A stretch of 64,000 bases of DNA from Gammaproteobacteria bacterium. GTDB lineage: Bacteria; Pseudomonadota; Gammaproteobacteria; CAJXQU01. Below the pieces are notes generated by a model that was not told the origin of the DNA, made no database searches, and saw nothing but the letters and a program-made list of their open reading frames with translations. The translations under genes were made by a program, and so were the position numbers. Location: positions 1,453,561 to 1,517,560 of the forward strand of contig OZ245018.1 in NCBI GenBank assembly GCA_965223825.1, read 5' to 3'. Shown here piece by piece: positions 16,995 to 28,326 of the stretch. The first letter of the stretch is position 1, and each line of letters begins with the position of its first letter.

Positions 16995-17918
16995 ATGAAA
17001 AAAGTGATCACTTTACTCCTTACGATCTGCCTGAGTTTACTACATACCACTGCTCGTGCTGAACGTGCCTCACTAATCGTTGATCTAAAGTCCGGTGCAG
17101 TCTTGCACGCACATTCAGCGAACCGCATCAGTTATCCGGCATCATTAACCAAACTCATGACGCTTTATCTGCTGTTTGATGGTTTAGATAAGCGCAAATT
17201 AGATCTCTCAGATTCCTTTGTCGTTTCCAAATTTGCCGCCGCTCAAACAGGATCGCGCATGGGATTGAAAGCGGGAAACAAACTGACGGTCGAACAGATC
17301 ATTCTTGCCTTAATCGTCGTTTCCGCAAATGACGCTGCAGTGGTTGCGGCTGAGGCGATCAGCGGTTCCGAAGTGGATTTTGCGAAACGCATGAATCTTC
17401 GTGCGAAATTGCTCGGTATGAAAAATACGCATTTTCGAAATGCATCGGGTTTACCTGACCCAGAGCAGGTGACCACTGCGCGTGATCTTGCCGTATTAGG
17501 AATGGCTATTTACGCGCGATTCCCTGAATATTTTCCGTTATTTGCTTCACCGACATTTACGTACGGCAAACGTACATGGCGTACGCACAACCATTTTATG
17601 CGGCAATTTGCGGGGGCAGGTGGTATGAAAACCGGTTACACCTGCGCTTCCGGCTATAATTTGGTCTCCACGGTCAAACGAAAACGGGAGCAGTTGCTTG
17701 GGGTCATTCTCGGAGAGCCGACACGAACAGGACGCGATGCGCATATGCATAGGTTGATGAATAAAGTGCTCGCGGCGGGCCCAAAATCGAATGATCGCAT
17801 CACACTAAATGAACTGCGTTATCATCGTGATCAGGGGCATAAAGATAGTTTAAACACCGTACCCCTCGCCGCGCATTGTCGTTCAATGGGAAACGCCTTG
17901 GTTGCAAAACACCCTTAA
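16995..17918 (+). CDS. D-alanyl-D-alanine carboxypeptidase/endopeptidase (peptidase S11)
   Basis: PASLTKLMT (SxxK), VSANDAA (SxN), MKTGYT..SG (KTG). Start set to MKKVIT (16995), which gives a signal peptide. Confidence 0.9.
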   Translation: MKKVITLLLTICLSLLHTTARAERASLIVDLKSGAVLHAHSANRISYPASLTKLMTLYLLFDGLDKRKLDLSDSFVVSKFAAAQTGSRMGLKAGNKLTVEQIILALIVVSANDAAVVAAEAISGSEVDFAKRMNLRAKLLGMKNTHFRNASGLPDPEQVTTARDLAVLGMAIYARFPEYFPLFASPTFTYGKRTWRTHNHFMRQFAGAGGMKTGYTCASGYNLVSTVKRKREQLLGVILGEPTRTGRDAHMHRLMNKVLAAGPKSNDRITLNELRYHRDQGHKDSLNTVPLAAHCRSMGNALVAKHP

Positions 17919-18087
17919 GGTTGTATCGATCCATCGCTGTAATTTCCCAATACTTGTTGCTGCTTCCAAACAACAATAAATCATCCAATGCGCTAAAAAG
18001 CTAGAGACAATCCTCGCCCGATCACAATCGAATTCAGCTATAATCGGCGACCATGAATTCATCGCAACAATCGGGCTGTTTACTGGC

Positions 18088-19491
18088 ATGATCGAATCAC
18101 GTCAAGCTAACAAAACAACCGGGGAAATTTATAGCGTCACACAGCTTAATCGTGCCGTTAAAGGATTGATTGAGTCGCAATTCCCGCTGATCTGGATTGA
18201 AGGTGAGATTAGTAATCTTGCGCGCCCTGGCTCTGGCCATATCTATTTTTCATTGAAAGATTCGCAATCACAAGTGCGTTGCGCCATGTTCCGTGGTAAA
18301 AATTCCTTACTACGTTTTCGTCCTGAGAACGGTATGCAGGTCTTGATTTTTGCGCGCGTGAGTTTGTATGAAGGGCGTGGAGAATTTCAACTGATTGCTG
18401 AACGCATGGAGCCATCTGGCGAGGGTGCACTACAACTGGCCTTTGAGCAGCTAAAAACGCGACTCGGGCAAGAAGGGTTGTTTGATGCAGAACGGAAACG
18501 TGATTTGCCGGAGTATCCTTCTCGTGTTGGTGTAGTTACTTCGCCTTCTGGTGCGGCGATTAAAGACATATTAAGTGTGCTTAAACGGCGTTTCCCATTG
18601 GTTGAAGTCATTATTTACCCGACCTTGGTGCAAGGCGAAGGCGCAGCGGAAAATATTGCACGTATGATTACGCTCGCGAACACACGTGCAGAATGTGATC
18701 TATTGCTTGTCAGCCGCGGTGGTGGTTCGTTGGAAGATTTATGGTCGTTCAACGAGGAATGCGTAGCTCGAGCGATTGATGCGTCTGAGTTGCCTGTTGT
18801 CAGTGGTGTCGGGCATGAGATAGATTTTACGATCGCGGATTTTGTTGCGGACGTCCGAGCGCCTACACCTTCGGCTGCTGCCGAACTGATTAGTCCGAAC
18901 CAGACGGAACTCAATCAAACGTTTGCCTCGTATGAAGCGTGGTTTAAGGAGCAGATGCAACGCGTCATCCAACACGCAACCCAGAACGTGACTTGGTTAG
19001 AGAAAAGGCTGGTTTCGCCACAACAACGCGTTGAAACGTTGTCACAACGTGCAGATGAAATCACAGCGCGGTTAAATAACGCCATGCGATCACTACTCTT
19101 TCAGCAGAAGGCAGCCTTGTCTGATCAGACGTCGCGCTTACGTGCAATGACGCCGCTGAATCAGATCGTCTTTAAACGTCAAACAACGACTGATCTTTCT
19201 CGTCGATTGCAGCGCGTTGTCGAGGCGAAGCTTCAAGGCGAACAGGCTCGTTTTAACCATGCCGCACGTGCGTTAAATGCCGTGAGTCCGCTTGCAACTT
19301 TAGAACGCGGTTACGCTATTGTTCAAACTCAACAAAAAACACTAGTCAGAAGGGCCGATGAGGTGAAGATCGGTGATCTGGTGCATACGCGTTTATCAGA
19401 TGGCACTTTGTTGTGTGAAGTGAAAGAAAGCGTGGCACAAGCGTCAAATGAGATTATGGAGGGAAAGCAAAATGCAGTTAAGCCTGAGTAA
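18088..19491 (+). CDS. xseA: Exodeoxyribonuclease VII large subunit
   Basis: IWIEGEISNL..P.SGHIYFSLKD, VVTSPSGAAIKD, SRGGGSLEDLWSFNEE, SGVGHEIDFTIADFVADVRAPTPSAAAE. Confidence 0.97.
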   Translation: MIESRQANKTTGEIYSVTQLNRAVKGLIESQFPLIWIEGEISNLARPGSGHIYFSLKDSQSQVRCAMFRGKNSLLRFRPENGMQVLIFARVSLYEGRGEFQLIAERMEPSGEGALQLAFEQLKTRLGQEGLFDAERKRDLPEYPSRVGVVTSPSGAAIKDILSVLKRRFPLVEVIIYPTLVQGEGAAENIARMITLANTRAECDLLLVSRGGGSLEDLWSFNEECVARAIDASELPVVSGVGHEIDFTIADFVADVRAPTPSAAAELISPNQTELNQTFASYEAWFKEQMQRVIQHATQNVTWLEKRLVSPQQRVETLSQRADEITARLNNAMRSLLFQQKAALSDQTSRLRAMTPLNQIVFKRQTTTDLSRRLQRVVEAKLQGEQARFNHAARALNAVSPLATLERGYAIVQTQQKTLVRRADEVKIGDLVHTRLSDGTLLCEVKESVAQASNEIMEGKQNAVKPE

Positions 19492-20308
19492 AACAGCACA
19501 GGGACTATTATTGTTAAGCACATTCTGGCTGCCATATGCTCTGGCTGCCGCGACTTTTCCTGCGGGGAGCAATGTCCCTGGAGGTGTCGCTGTTATTTCT
19601 ATTCGTGCCGCATCTGAGCCAGTTGCACACTATTCCAATAATCGTGTCATGGTGTTTGCCGAAGGTGCTGTCTGGCGTGCGGTGGTGGGGATCCCGCTAG
19701 ATGCAAAACCTGGCACCCACGAACTTAACGTGCGTGATGATCAGGGCGCTGCTATTTATCATTTTACGGTGTTAGATAAAGACTACGAAGAGCAATACCT
19801 CACGATCAAGAATAAACGTAAGGTCAACCCAAACCCGGATGATATGGCACGAATCAATCGCGAAACGCCACTGATCAAAGCGGCAAAGAAATTTTGGAGT
19901 GAGACTAGCAAACCTGAACTGTCGCTGATTCAACCTGTGCAAGGCCGATACAGCAGTCCATTTGGCTTAAAGCGATTTTATAATGAACAACCACGATCAC
20001 CACACTCAGGATTGGATATTGCCGCCCCGACAGGCACTCCAATCAAGGCAGCAGCAGCCGGACGTGTGATCAATACAGGTGAGTATTTTTTTAACGGGGG
20101 CACGGTTTTTGTTGATCACGGGCAAGGGTTTTTAACCATGTATTGTCACATGAGCGCGATAGATGTTGGACAAGGTGATGAGCTGAAAGCGGGAGATATC
20201 ATCGGTAAAGTGGGTGCAACCGGCCGCGTGACCGGGCCACACCTTCACTGGAGTGTCATACTCAATAACACGATGGTTGATCCACTATTATTTATGCACA
20301 AACCTTAA
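19472..20308 (+). CDS. M23 family peptidoglycan DD-metalloendopeptidase
   Basis: VPGGVAVI N-domain, HSGLDIAAP (HxxxD), YCHMS, TGPHLHWSV (HxH). Start set to ATG 19472. Confidence 0.92.
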   Translation: MQLSLSKTAQGLLLLSTFWLPYALAAATFPAGSNVPGGVAVISIRAASEPVAHYSNNRVMVFAEGAVWRAVVGIPLDAKPGTHELNVRDDQGAAIYHFTVLDKDYEEQYLTIKNKRKVNPNPDDMARINRETPLIKAAKKFWSETSKPELSLIQPVQGRYSSPFGLKRFYNEQPRSPHSGLDIAAPTGTPIKAAAAGRVINTGEYFFNGGTVFVDHGQGFLTMYCHMSAIDVGQGDELKAGDIIGKVGATGRVTGPHLHWSVILNNTMVDPLLFMHKP

Positions 20309-20396
20309 TCTTAAGCGCCTTCACACAACATTTATTCAAGTTTTGTTCCAGACATAATTTATTGCCAGTCAAAATGTGCAGTTCAGTCTCGTATTG

Positions 20397-20405
20397 TGCT
20401 ATAAT
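20397..20405 (+). promoter_or_regulatory. Extended -10 promoter of gyrA
   Basis: TG-C-TATAAT, a perfect TGnTATAAT about 80 bp before the gyrA start. Confidence 0.7.
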
Positions 20406-20485
20406 TTTCCGATTGTACGACCAACAAAAATAAAGACCGAATTATTTTATATTTCAGGTAAATAACAGGGATTCATCAGGCATCT

Positions 20486-23110
20486 ATGGCCGATTTCGCG
20501 AAGCATCTCTCACAAATAAACATCGAAGATGAAATGAAGCAGTCGTATCTCGATTACGCAATGAGCGTGATCGTGGGTCGAGCACTGCCAGATGCCCGTG
20601 ATGGGCTAAAACCCGTTCATCGTCGCTCGTTGTATGCCATGTACGAGCAGAACAACGATTGGAATAAGCCTTATAAAAAATCCGCGCGTATTGTCGGTGA
20701 CGTAATGGGTAAATATCACCCGCATGGTGACAGCGCTATTTACGACACCATCGTCCGTATGGCCCAACCATTCTCACTACGCTATATGTTGGTCGACGGC
20801 CAAGGTAACTTTGGCTCCGTTGACGGTGATTCTCCTGCAGCGATGCGTTATACCGAAGTTCGTATGGCGAAGATCGCACACGAAATGTTAGCGGACATCG
20901 ACAAAGAAACGGTCGATTTCGCACCAAATTACGATGAATCTGAACACGAACCGACGGTTTTCCCGACAAAAATTCCTAATCTACTGATCAATGGATCAAG
21001 CGGTATCGCGGTCGGTATGGCGACGAATATTCCGCCGCATAACCTGACTGAAGTCATCACGGCATGTATTGCGTTGATCGACGAACCGACACTGACGATA
21101 GATGATCTGATGCAGTACATTCCCGGGCCGGATTTTCCGACGCAAGGCATCATCAATGGCGCTTCGGGCATTCGTGAAGCGTACCACACGGGGCGTGGTC
21201 GAATTTACATCCGTGCAAGGGTTGAGATTGAGCTCGAGGATGACGGTAATTCCCGCATCATCGTGGGTGAGTTACCGTATCAAGTGAACAAAGCACGCTT
21301 GGTCGAAAAGATCGCTGAGCTGGTTAAAGAGAAAAAAATCGAAGGGATCCGTGAGCTACGTGATGAGTCTGATAAAGACGGCATGCGTTTAGTGATTGAG
21401 TTAAAACGAGGTGAAACGCCAGAAGTTCTTCTCAATAACCTCTACAAACAAACTTCGATGCAGGTGGTCTTTGGGATTAACTGCGTTGCACTGGTTGAGA
21501 ATCAACCACGCTTATTAAATCTTAAAGAGCTCCTTGATGCCTTCATTCGTCACCGCCGTGAAGTTATTACACGTCGAACGATTTTTGAATTACGCAAAGC
21601 CCGTGAACGTGCTCACATCTTGGAAGGGCTGGCTGTTGCACTCGCTAACATTGATCCGATTATTGAATTAATTAAAGCCTCACCGAATTCTGCGGAAGCA
21701 AAACAAGGTTTACTTGCTCAACATTGGGCACCTGGCGTCGTGACAGATATGTTGCAACGCGCTGGTGCCGACGCATCACGTCCTGAACAACTGGGACCTG
21801 AATTTGGTTTGACCGAAGCGGGTTACCAATTATCGGAAGCTCAAGCGCAAGCAATTTTGGATTTGCGTTTACATCGTCTCACTGGATTAGAACAAGATAA
21901 GATCATTGAGGAATACAAAGCGTTATTAGATGTTATTGATGATCTACTCGATATTCTTGCTCGACCAGAACGTTTGATGCAGGTCATTCGTGATGAGCTG
22001 GATGAAATTAGAACCAATTTCGGTGATCAGCGGCGCACAGAAATTCTTGATACCAGGCTCGATCTCAGTTTGGAAGATCTAATCACCGAAGAAGATATGG
22101 TTGTGACCTTATCGCACGCCGGTTATGTAAAAGCACAATCACTTGAGCTGTATCGATCACAACGACGTGGTGGTAAAGGTAAAGCTGCGACTACGATGAA
22201 AGAAGAAGATTTTGTTGATCATCTTTTCATCGCAAATACGCACGATACGATTTTGTGCTTCTCTAGCGCCGGCAAAGTCTACTGGAAAAAAGTCTACGAG
22301 ATCCCGCAAGCTGGACGCACGGCACGTGGCAAACCCATCGTGAACATTTTACCGCTAGAAGAAGGTGAGCAGATCACGAGTGTTTTGCCGGTTAAAGAGT
22401 TTACCGAAGACAGCTTTGTGTTCATGGCGACACGTAATGGCACCGTTAAGAAAACATCCTTAATGGATTTCTCACGTCCACGTGCGAGCGGCATTATTGC
22501 GCTGGATCTGGATGGGGATGACCGTCTTGTTGGCGTAGCCTTAACGGATGGTGAAAGTAATGTCATGTTATTTAGTAGTTCTGGTAAAGGCATTCACTTT
22601 AAAGAAGGTGATGTTCGTCCAATGGGGCGAACGGCTCGCGGAGTCCGTGGTATTCGTCTTGCTGAAGGACAATTTGTTATTGCCCTGATCATCGTAGATG
22701 GTGAGGGTAAAATCCTTACTGCGACTAAGAATGGTTTTGGTAAGCGCACTAAAGTGGATGAGTTTACTCTCCAAGGCCGTGGTGGACAGGGGGTGATCGC
22801 AATTCAAACCAGTGAACGAAACGGTGACGTTGTCGGCGCAGTACTGGTGAATGATGAAGATGAAATTATGCTCATCAGCGATGGTGGGACGCTGGTGAGA
22901 ACACCGGTTGCCGATGTTTCTGTGATTGGACGTAATACGCAAGGCGTTAGTCTGATCCGGCTATCAAAAGGTGAAGGGTTAGTTGGTTTGGAGCGTGTTG
23001 CTGATGTCGGTGTCGATGAAAACGCCGATGCTGAAAATATGGCTGGCGAGAAGGCCCCATCGGGTAATAATACAGAGCATGATGCACCTGATCGGGGCAT
23101 CGAGGACTAA
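20486..23110 (+). CDS. gyrA: DNA gyrase subunit A
   Basis: [28 protein letters not shown] (QRDR), AAMRYTE (catalytic Tyr), GyrA box QRRGGKG, acidic tail. Confidence 0.99.
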   Translation: MADFAKHLSQINIEDEMKQSYLDYAMSVIVGRALPDARDGLKPVHRRSLYAMYEQNNDWNKPYKKSARIVGDVMGKYHPHGDSAIYDTIVRMAQPFSLRYMLVDGQGNFGSVDGDSPAAMRYTEVRMAKIAHEMLADIDKETVDFAPNYDESEHEPTVFPTKIPNLLINGSSGIAVGMATNIPPHNLTEVITACIALIDEPTLTIDDLMQYIPGPDFPTQGIINGASGIREAYHTGRGRIYIRARVEIELEDDGNSRIIVGELPYQVNKARLVEKIAELVKEKKIEGIRELRDESDKDGMRLVIELKRGETPEVLLNNLYKQTSMQVVFGINCVALVENQPRLLNLKELLDAFIRHRREVITRRTIFELRKARERAHILEGLAVALANIDPIIELIKASPNSAEAKQGLLAQHWAPGVVTDMLQRAGADASRPEQLGPEFGLTEAGYQLSEAQAQAILDLRLHRLTGLEQDKIIEEYKALLDVIDDLLDILARPERLMQVIRDELDEIRTNFGDQRRTEILDTRLDLSLEDLITEEDMVVTLSHAGYVKAQSLELYRSQRRGGKGKAATTMKEEDFVDHLFIANTHDTILCFSSAGKVYWKKVYEIPQAGRTARGKPIVNILPLEEGEQITSVLPVKEFTEDSFVFMATRNGTVKKTSLMDFSRPRASGIIALDLDGDDRLVGVALTDGESNVMLFSSSGKGIHFKEGDVRPMGRTARGVRGIRLAEGQFVIALIIVDGEGKILTATKNGFGKRTKVDEFTLQGRGGQGVIAIQTSERNGDVVGAVLVNDEDEIMLISDGGTLVRTPVADVSVIGRNTQGVSLIRLSKGEGLVGLERVADVGVDENADAENMAGEKAPSGNNTEHDAPDRGIED

Positions 23111-23119
23111 TCATTATTC

Positions 23120-24205
23120 ATGGTCGATCAGGTACTTTTAAACGAACTTCGAGTTAAAATCGACGAAGTTGACGACAAACTTTTAGAGCTGATCAGTCAG
23201 CGTGGCGAGCTTGCACAGACAGTCGCGCAGGCCAAAGGTGAAGAGCCGGGTCAAGGTGGTTATTATCGGCCTGATCGTGAAGCAAATGTATTACGTCGTA
23301 TTCTGGCGAAAAATACAGGTCCGCTCAAAGATGAAGAGATGGCAAGACTCTTTCGTGAAGTGATGTCAGCCTGTCTCGCGCTAGAACAACCACTCAAGGT
23401 TGCATTTCTTGGCCCGGAAGGGACATTTACTCACGGTGCAGCATTGAAACATTTCGGCCATTCAATCGTCACAGACTCGTTCGATGCAATTGATGAGGTT
23501 TTTCGTGAAGTAGAAGCCGGAAGCTGTGATTTCGGTGTCGTTCCTGTTGAAAACTCTATAGAAGGTGTTGTTAATCATACGTTAGATAGTTTCGTGCGTT
23601 CGCCACTGCAAATCTGTGGTGAAGTCGCATTGCGGATTCATCACCATTTACTTGCGAAAGACACTGACTTAGAAAAGATCACCCAGGTTGCTGCACATCA
23701 CCAAGCTCTAGCGCAATGTCGTCAGTGGTTAAACCATAACCTCCCCAATGCAGAACGTTTGCCCGTGAGCAGCAACGCTGAAGCGGCACGCCAAGCAGCT
23801 GAACGTCCTGGCCTTGCTGCTATTGCTGGTGAATCTGCAGCGGATCTTTATGGGCTTGATCAGCTTGTAACGAATATTGAGGATGAATCGACGAATACAA
23901 CGCGATTTCTTATTATTGGTGTGTCTGAAACGGAAGCCACGGCTGAAAATAAAACCTCAATTTTATTTTCAACCCACAATAAACCGGGTTCACTTTACCA
24001 CTCGTTAGCGGTGTTTGATAAACATCAGATCAGCATGGTAAAAATTGAATCGCGCCCCTCGCGCCAAAGTATGTGGGATTATATTTTCTTTGTGGATATT
24101 GAGGGGCATGTGCAGGATACAAAAGTAGCAGCGGCGATCGAAGATCTGCGTACCGAAACGTCTATGCTGAAAGTGCTGGGCTCCTATCCAAAAGCGGTAT
24201 TATAA
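23120..24205 (+). CDS. pheA: Bifunctional chorismate mutase / prephenate dehydratase (P-protein)
   Basis: LR..ID..D..LL.LISQR chorismate mutase domain, FLGPEGTF, VPVENSIEG, NTTRFLII, ACT domain with IESRPS. Confidence 0.96.
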   Translation: MVDQVLLNELRVKIDEVDDKLLELISQRGELAQTVAQAKGEEPGQGGYYRPDREANVLRRILAKNTGPLKDEEMARLFREVMSACLALEQPLKVAFLGPEGTFTHGAALKHFGHSIVTDSFDAIDEVFREVEAGSCDFGVVPVENSIEGVVNHTLDSFVRSPLQICGEVALRIHHHLLAKDTDLEKITQVAAHHQALAQCRQWLNHNLPNAERLPVSSNAEAARQAAERPGLAAIAGESAADLYGLDQLVTNIEDESTNTTRFLIIGVSETEATAENKTSILFSTHNKPGSLYHSLAVFDKHQISMVKIESRPSRQSMWDYIFFVDIEGHVQDTKVAAAIEDLRTETSMLKVLGSYPKAVL

Positions 24206-24208
24206 GCC

Positions 24209-25306
24209 ATGAGTATTGATTATCTTTCCCTCACTGCGCCAGGTGTTGCGGGCCTTAATCCTTATCAGCCAGGCAAGCCAGTCGATGAATTAGAGCGTGA
24301 ATACGGTATTCGCGATGCGATCAAACTGGCATCGAATGAAAATCCTCTCGGCGTGGGTCACCTTGCGCAAGAAGCCATGCGTCGATGTATTGCAGACATC
24401 TCGCTCTATCCAGACGGTAATGGTTTTACCTTAAAAACAACACTTGCGGAAAAGCTCGGTGTCAGCCGCAATATGATTACGCTCGGAAATGGATCTAGTG
24501 AAATTCTAGAGTTAGTTGCCCGTACGTTTGTGACGCCGGAAAACCAAGTACTTTTTTCTGAGCACGCGTTTGCCGTTTATCCGATCTTAACGCAGTCCAT
24601 CGGTGCAGAAGCTCTCGTCACGCCTGCAAAAAATTGGGGACATGATCTGGATGCGATGCAAGCGGCGATCACGGATCGTACACGGTTGGTTTTCGTGACT
24701 AATCCGAATAACCCGACCGGAACTTGGTTAACAAAATCAGAATTGCATCGATTTTTAAGTGCCGTGCCTGACCATGTCATTGTTGTTGTGGACGAAGCTT
24801 ATTTTGAATACGTAACTGAAGCGGAATACCCGAATGCGATCGAATGGTTGGATGAATTTCCGAACATGATCGTGACGCGTACTTTTGCAAAAATTCATGG
24901 ACTTGCTGGTTTGCGAATTGGTTACGGGATTTCACATCCAGCATTAGCTGATCTCCTCAACCGCGTACGGCAACCATTCAACTGTAATTCGATGGCGCTT
25001 GCAGCGGCAGAGGCGGCATTGCATGACGAAGCGCATGTTCAAAAAAGTATTGATGTTAATTCTGCTGGCATGGCGCAATTAACCGCTGCTTTTGATCGAC
25101 TTGGACTACAGTTCATTCCATCTGTTGGGAATTTTATTTCCGTTGCATTCGAGAAGCCTGGAACAGAAGTCTATGAAGCATTGCTGAGAAAAGGCGTGAT
25201 CATTCGACCAGTGGGTGTTTATGACATGCCCTATCATCTGCGTGCAACGATCGGAACAGAGGAACAAAATGCGCGTCTGATTTCTGCGCTGGAAGATATT
25301 CTTTAA
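24209..25306 (+). CDS. hisC: Histidinol-phosphate / aromatic aminotransferase (HisC-type)
   Basis: PYQPGKP, KLASNENPLG, NPNNPTG, VDEAY.EY, RTFAKIHGLAGLRIGY. Confidence 0.95.
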   Translation: MSIDYLSLTAPGVAGLNPYQPGKPVDELEREYGIRDAIKLASNENPLGVGHLAQEAMRRCIADISLYPDGNGFTLKTTLAEKLGVSRNMITLGNGSSEILELVARTFVTPENQVLFSEHAFAVYPILTQSIGAEALVTPAKNWGHDLDAMQAAITDRTRLVFVTNPNNPTGTWLTKSELHRFLSAVPDHVIVVVDEAYFEYVTEAEYPNAIEWLDEFPNMIVTRTFAKIHGLAGLRIGYGISHPALADLLNRVRQPFNCNSMALAAAEAALHDEAHVQKSIDVNSAGMAQLTAAFDRLGLQFIPSVGNFISVAFEKPGTEVYEALLRKGVIIRPVGVYDMPYHLRATIGTEEQNARLISALEDIL

Positions 25307-26214
25307 TGAGTATTAAACACCTTGCCGTGATTGGCATTGGGTTGATAGGTGGCTCACTTGCGCGCGCTTTAAAACGAGCAAATGTGTGTGATCGCGTCAC
25401 CGGCTGTGCTTTGTCTGAAGACGAATGTTTGCGTGCCGTCGAGCTTGGCGTGATTGATGATTATCATCTTGATCCTGCAGAGGCAATAAAAGGTGCGGAT
25501 TGTATCGTGATCGCAACACCCATTGGCGCCTATGAAGCGCTCTTCACTACTCTCCAACCAGTCTTGAACGATCAGGTTGTGATCACGGATGTCGGTAGTG
25601 TAAAAGGCGTGATCGTAGATCAGGCGCGTCAGCATTTAGGCCAACATTTTTCACAATTTGTACCTGGACACCCCATTGCGGGTACGGAAAAAAGTGGTGT
25701 GGAAGCGTCTTTCGCTGAATTGTTTGATCATCACCGCATCATTCTCACGCCATTATCCGAAACCGATCCTCACGCACTCGAAAAAATTCGGAGAATGTGG
25801 ATGCTTGCGGGTGCGTTAGTGGATGTGATGGAGGTTGAGCGGCACGATGAAGTGTTAGCTGCGACCAGTCATGTGCCTCACGTTCTTGCGTATTCATTAG
25901 TAAGCACCTTATCCGGTATGGAAGCATCGGGTGAAGTTTTTCGCTTTGCCGCAGGTGGTTTCGCTGATTTCACACGCATTGCCTCGAGTAGCCCTAAAAT
26001 GTGGCATGACATCGTTTTTTCTAACAAAGAGGCCGTCATTCGGGTGCTTGAGAGTTATGAAGACTCGCTCGAAAGTTTAAAAAAAGCGTTGGAAACAGGT
26101 GACAGCGAAACCGTGATGGCCATGCTGACACAAGCAAAAACAGCACGTGATTTGTTTGCCGATAATCGAATTAAACGCCATGTCAGCCCATCAACAGAAA
26201 AAGGAGAGGAATGA
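25306..26214 (+). CDS. tyrA: Prephenate/arogenate (cyclohexadienyl) dehydrogenase
   Basis: GIGLIGGSLA, TDVGSVKG, GHPIAGTEKSG, HDEVLAATSHVPH, AAGGFADFTRIASS. Confidence 0.94.
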   Translation: MSIKHLAVIGIGLIGGSLARALKRANVCDRVTGCALSEDECLRAVELGVIDDYHLDPAEAIKGADCIVIATPIGAYEALFTTLQPVLNDQVVITDVGSVKGVIVDQARQHLGQHFSQFVPGHPIAGTEKSGVEASFAELFDHHRIILTPLSETDPHALEKIRRMWMLAGALVDVMEVERHDEVLAATSHVPHVLAYSLVSTLSGMEASGEVFRFAAGGFADFTRIASSSPKMWHDIVFSNKEAVIRVLESYEDSLESLKKALETGDSETVMAMLTQAKTARDLFADNRIKRHVSPSTEKGEE

Positions 26215-27521
26215 TTACTCGCGCAGCTGAACTTCACGTCGCAGCCGGTGGTCGGTTAACCGGGAAAATTCAAATACCGGGGGATAAGTCCGTGTCACAT
26301 CGCGCGATAATGCTTGGGGCGATCGCAGAAGGAACGACACACGTTAAAGGGTTTCTTGAAGCGGAAGATACGCTCGCGACTTTATCCGCATTTTCCGCGA
26401 TGGGGGTCTCAACACAACGTCCAGCAACGGGAGAGGTGATCATTCAAGGCCGTGGAAGAACGGGCCTTAAACGTCCTGAGGATAATTTGTATCTAGGAAA
26501 CTCGGGTACGTCAATGCGCTTGATGAGCGGCTTGCTCTCTGGCCAGTCATTTAATTGTACGCTAACGGGCGATGAGTCGTTATCAAAACGTCCAATGTTA
26601 CGCGTGACGGTTCCGTTAACAGAAATGGGCGCTGTGATCGCTTGTAAGGCGGACGGAACACCACCGGTACGTATTACTGGCAATCAAGCTTTGCAAGGCA
26701 TTCGCTATGAATTACCGATGGCCAGTGCGCAAGTAAAATCCTGCGTGCTACTCGCGGGACTTTATGCTGAAGGTGAAACCTGTGTGATCGAAAAGGGCGT
26801 TTTGCGCGATCATACGGAACGGATGCTGGAGGGGTTTGGTTACGATATTTCTTACGGAAATGGCCAAGCCAGCTTGCAAGGTGGTGGTGAGTTAACCGGG
26901 CAAGCGATCGTTGTACCCGGTGATATTTCTTCTGCGGCGTTTTTCATTGTCGGTGCGAGTATCGCGCCCGGATCCGATCTGATAATTGAAAATGTCGGAA
27001 TGAATCCAACACGTGATGGCGTCATTCAAATTTTGCGCTTAATGGGTGCGAATATTGAAATTTTGAATGAATACGTTGCTGGAGGTGAGCCGGTTGCTGA
27101 TCTGCGCATTCAATCTGCTGATCTGCAGGGAATCGATATCCCTGTTGAACTGGTCCCATTGGCGATAGACGAATTCCCCGCAATTTTTGTTGCTGCCGCC
27201 TGTGCGCAGGGTGAAACGACCTTGCGAGGGGCTGAAGAGATGCGCGTCAAAGAAAGTGATCGGATTGCCGTGATGCACGAAGGACTCGTCGCGTTGGGAA
27301 TCGATGCAGAAGCATTACCCGACGGTATGCAAATTCGCGGTGGACAATTTAACTCTGGCGCAATTGAAAGTCATGGAGATCATCGAATTGCGATGGCGTT
27401 TGCTATGGCAGCATTACGTGCTAAGGGTGAAATCGAATTACGCGATTGTCTTAATATCAGTACCTCCTTTCCAGAATTTCAAGGGTTGGCACAAGCCTGC
27501 GGTTTGAAAATTTCAGCTTGA
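26211..27521 (+). CDS. aroA: EPSP synthase
   Basis: PGDKSVSHRA, LGNSGTSMRL, SAQVKSCVLLAGL, RDHTERML, EEMRVKESDRI, HGDHRIAM. Confidence 0.97.
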   Translation: MITRAAELHVAAGGRLTGKIQIPGDKSVSHRAIMLGAIAEGTTHVKGFLEAEDTLATLSAFSAMGVSTQRPATGEVIIQGRGRTGLKRPEDNLYLGNSGTSMRLMSGLLSGQSFNCTLTGDESLSKRPMLRVTVPLTEMGAVIACKADGTPPVRITGNQALQGIRYELPMASAQVKSCVLLAGLYAEGETCVIEKGVLRDHTERMLEGFGYDISYGNGQASLQGGGELTGQAIVVPGDISSAAFFIVGASIAPGSDLIIENVGMNPTRDGVIQILRLMGANIEILNEYVAGGEPVADLRIQSADLQGIDIPVELVPLAIDEFPAIFVAAACAQGETTLRGAEEMRVKESDRIAVMHEGLVALGIDAEALPDGMQIRGGQFNSGAIESHGDHRIAMAFAMAALRAKGEIELRDCLNISTSFPEFQGLAQACGLKISA

Positions 27522-27525
27522 TTTT

Positions 27526-28206
27526 ATGATGTCTATACCAGTCATTACTGTTGACGGGCCAAGCGGGACGGGCAAAGGCACACTTTGCGGACGTGTCGCG
27601 TATTCACTTGGTTGGAATTTGTTAGATAGCGGAGCGCTTTATCGTGTTTTAGGGCATGCGGCGCAGCGAGATCACATTTCATTTGAGAATACCGAAGCAT
27701 TAGTCGCAGCCGCGCATGACCTCGATCTTGCATTCGTGCAGACCGGTGATTGGATTGAAGTCCGTTTAAATGGTCAAGACATCTCATCCGAAATTCGTAC
27801 TGAAACTGCGGGAAATTCGGCGTCTAAAGTTGCGGCTATTCCTGCTGTCAGAGATGCACTATTCAATAGACAATTAGCTTTTCAGAAAGCGCCGGGGTTA
27901 GTCGCTGATGGACGCGACATGGGAACGGTCGTTTTTCCAAACGCAGAGTTAAAAATTTATTTAACAGCGAGCGCTGATGTACGAGCGCAAAGACGCTATA
28001 AGCAGTTGAAACAGAAGGGAATTGATGCTAATCTCGCGCACCTTCTGAATGAAATTGCCGAACGAGATCAGCGAGATGCTGGCCGGGAGGTAGCACCACT
28101 CAAGCCTGCTGAGGATGCAATCCTCATCGACACAAGTGATTTGACGATTGATCAGGTCACACAAAAAGTGCTCATGCTTGCAGAGAAGAAATTTGATCTA
28201 ACTTAA
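27526..28206 (+). CDS. cmk: Cytidylate kinase
   Basis: DGPSGTGKGT, LDSGALYR, VADGRDMGTVVFP, ERDQRD..R.VAPL. Confidence 0.97.
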   Translation: MMSIPVITVDGPSGTGKGTLCGRVAYSLGWNLLDSGALYRVLGHAAQRDHISFENTEALVAAAHDLDLAFVQTGDWIEVRLNGQDISSEIRTETAGNSASKVAAIPAVRDALFNRQLAFQKAPGLVADGRDMGTVVFPNAELKIYLTASADVRAQRRYKQLKQKGIDANLAHLLNEIAERDQRDAGREVAPLKPAEDAILIDTSDLTIDQVTQKVLMLAEKKFDLT

Positions 28207-28224
28207 GAGATCAAGCAACAAGGT

Positions 28225-28326
28225 GGGCTTAACACTGTGCCAATGCAGGTTGAGCCTGACGATTAACATTTAACGCAGTTAAGCGATGGGTCGGGTGCCT
28301 TAACCTGATCTGGAGTCAAAATTATC
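28225..28326 (+). promoter_or_regulatory. Structured rpsA 5' leader (probable S1 autoregulatory element)
   Basis: Hairpins GGGCTTAAC/GTTGAGCCT (28225-28257), TTAAC/GTTAA (28270-28282) and TCGGGT/ACCTGA (28291-28308). Multi-hairpin rpsA leaders are established in Gammaproteobacteria. Confidence 0.5.
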
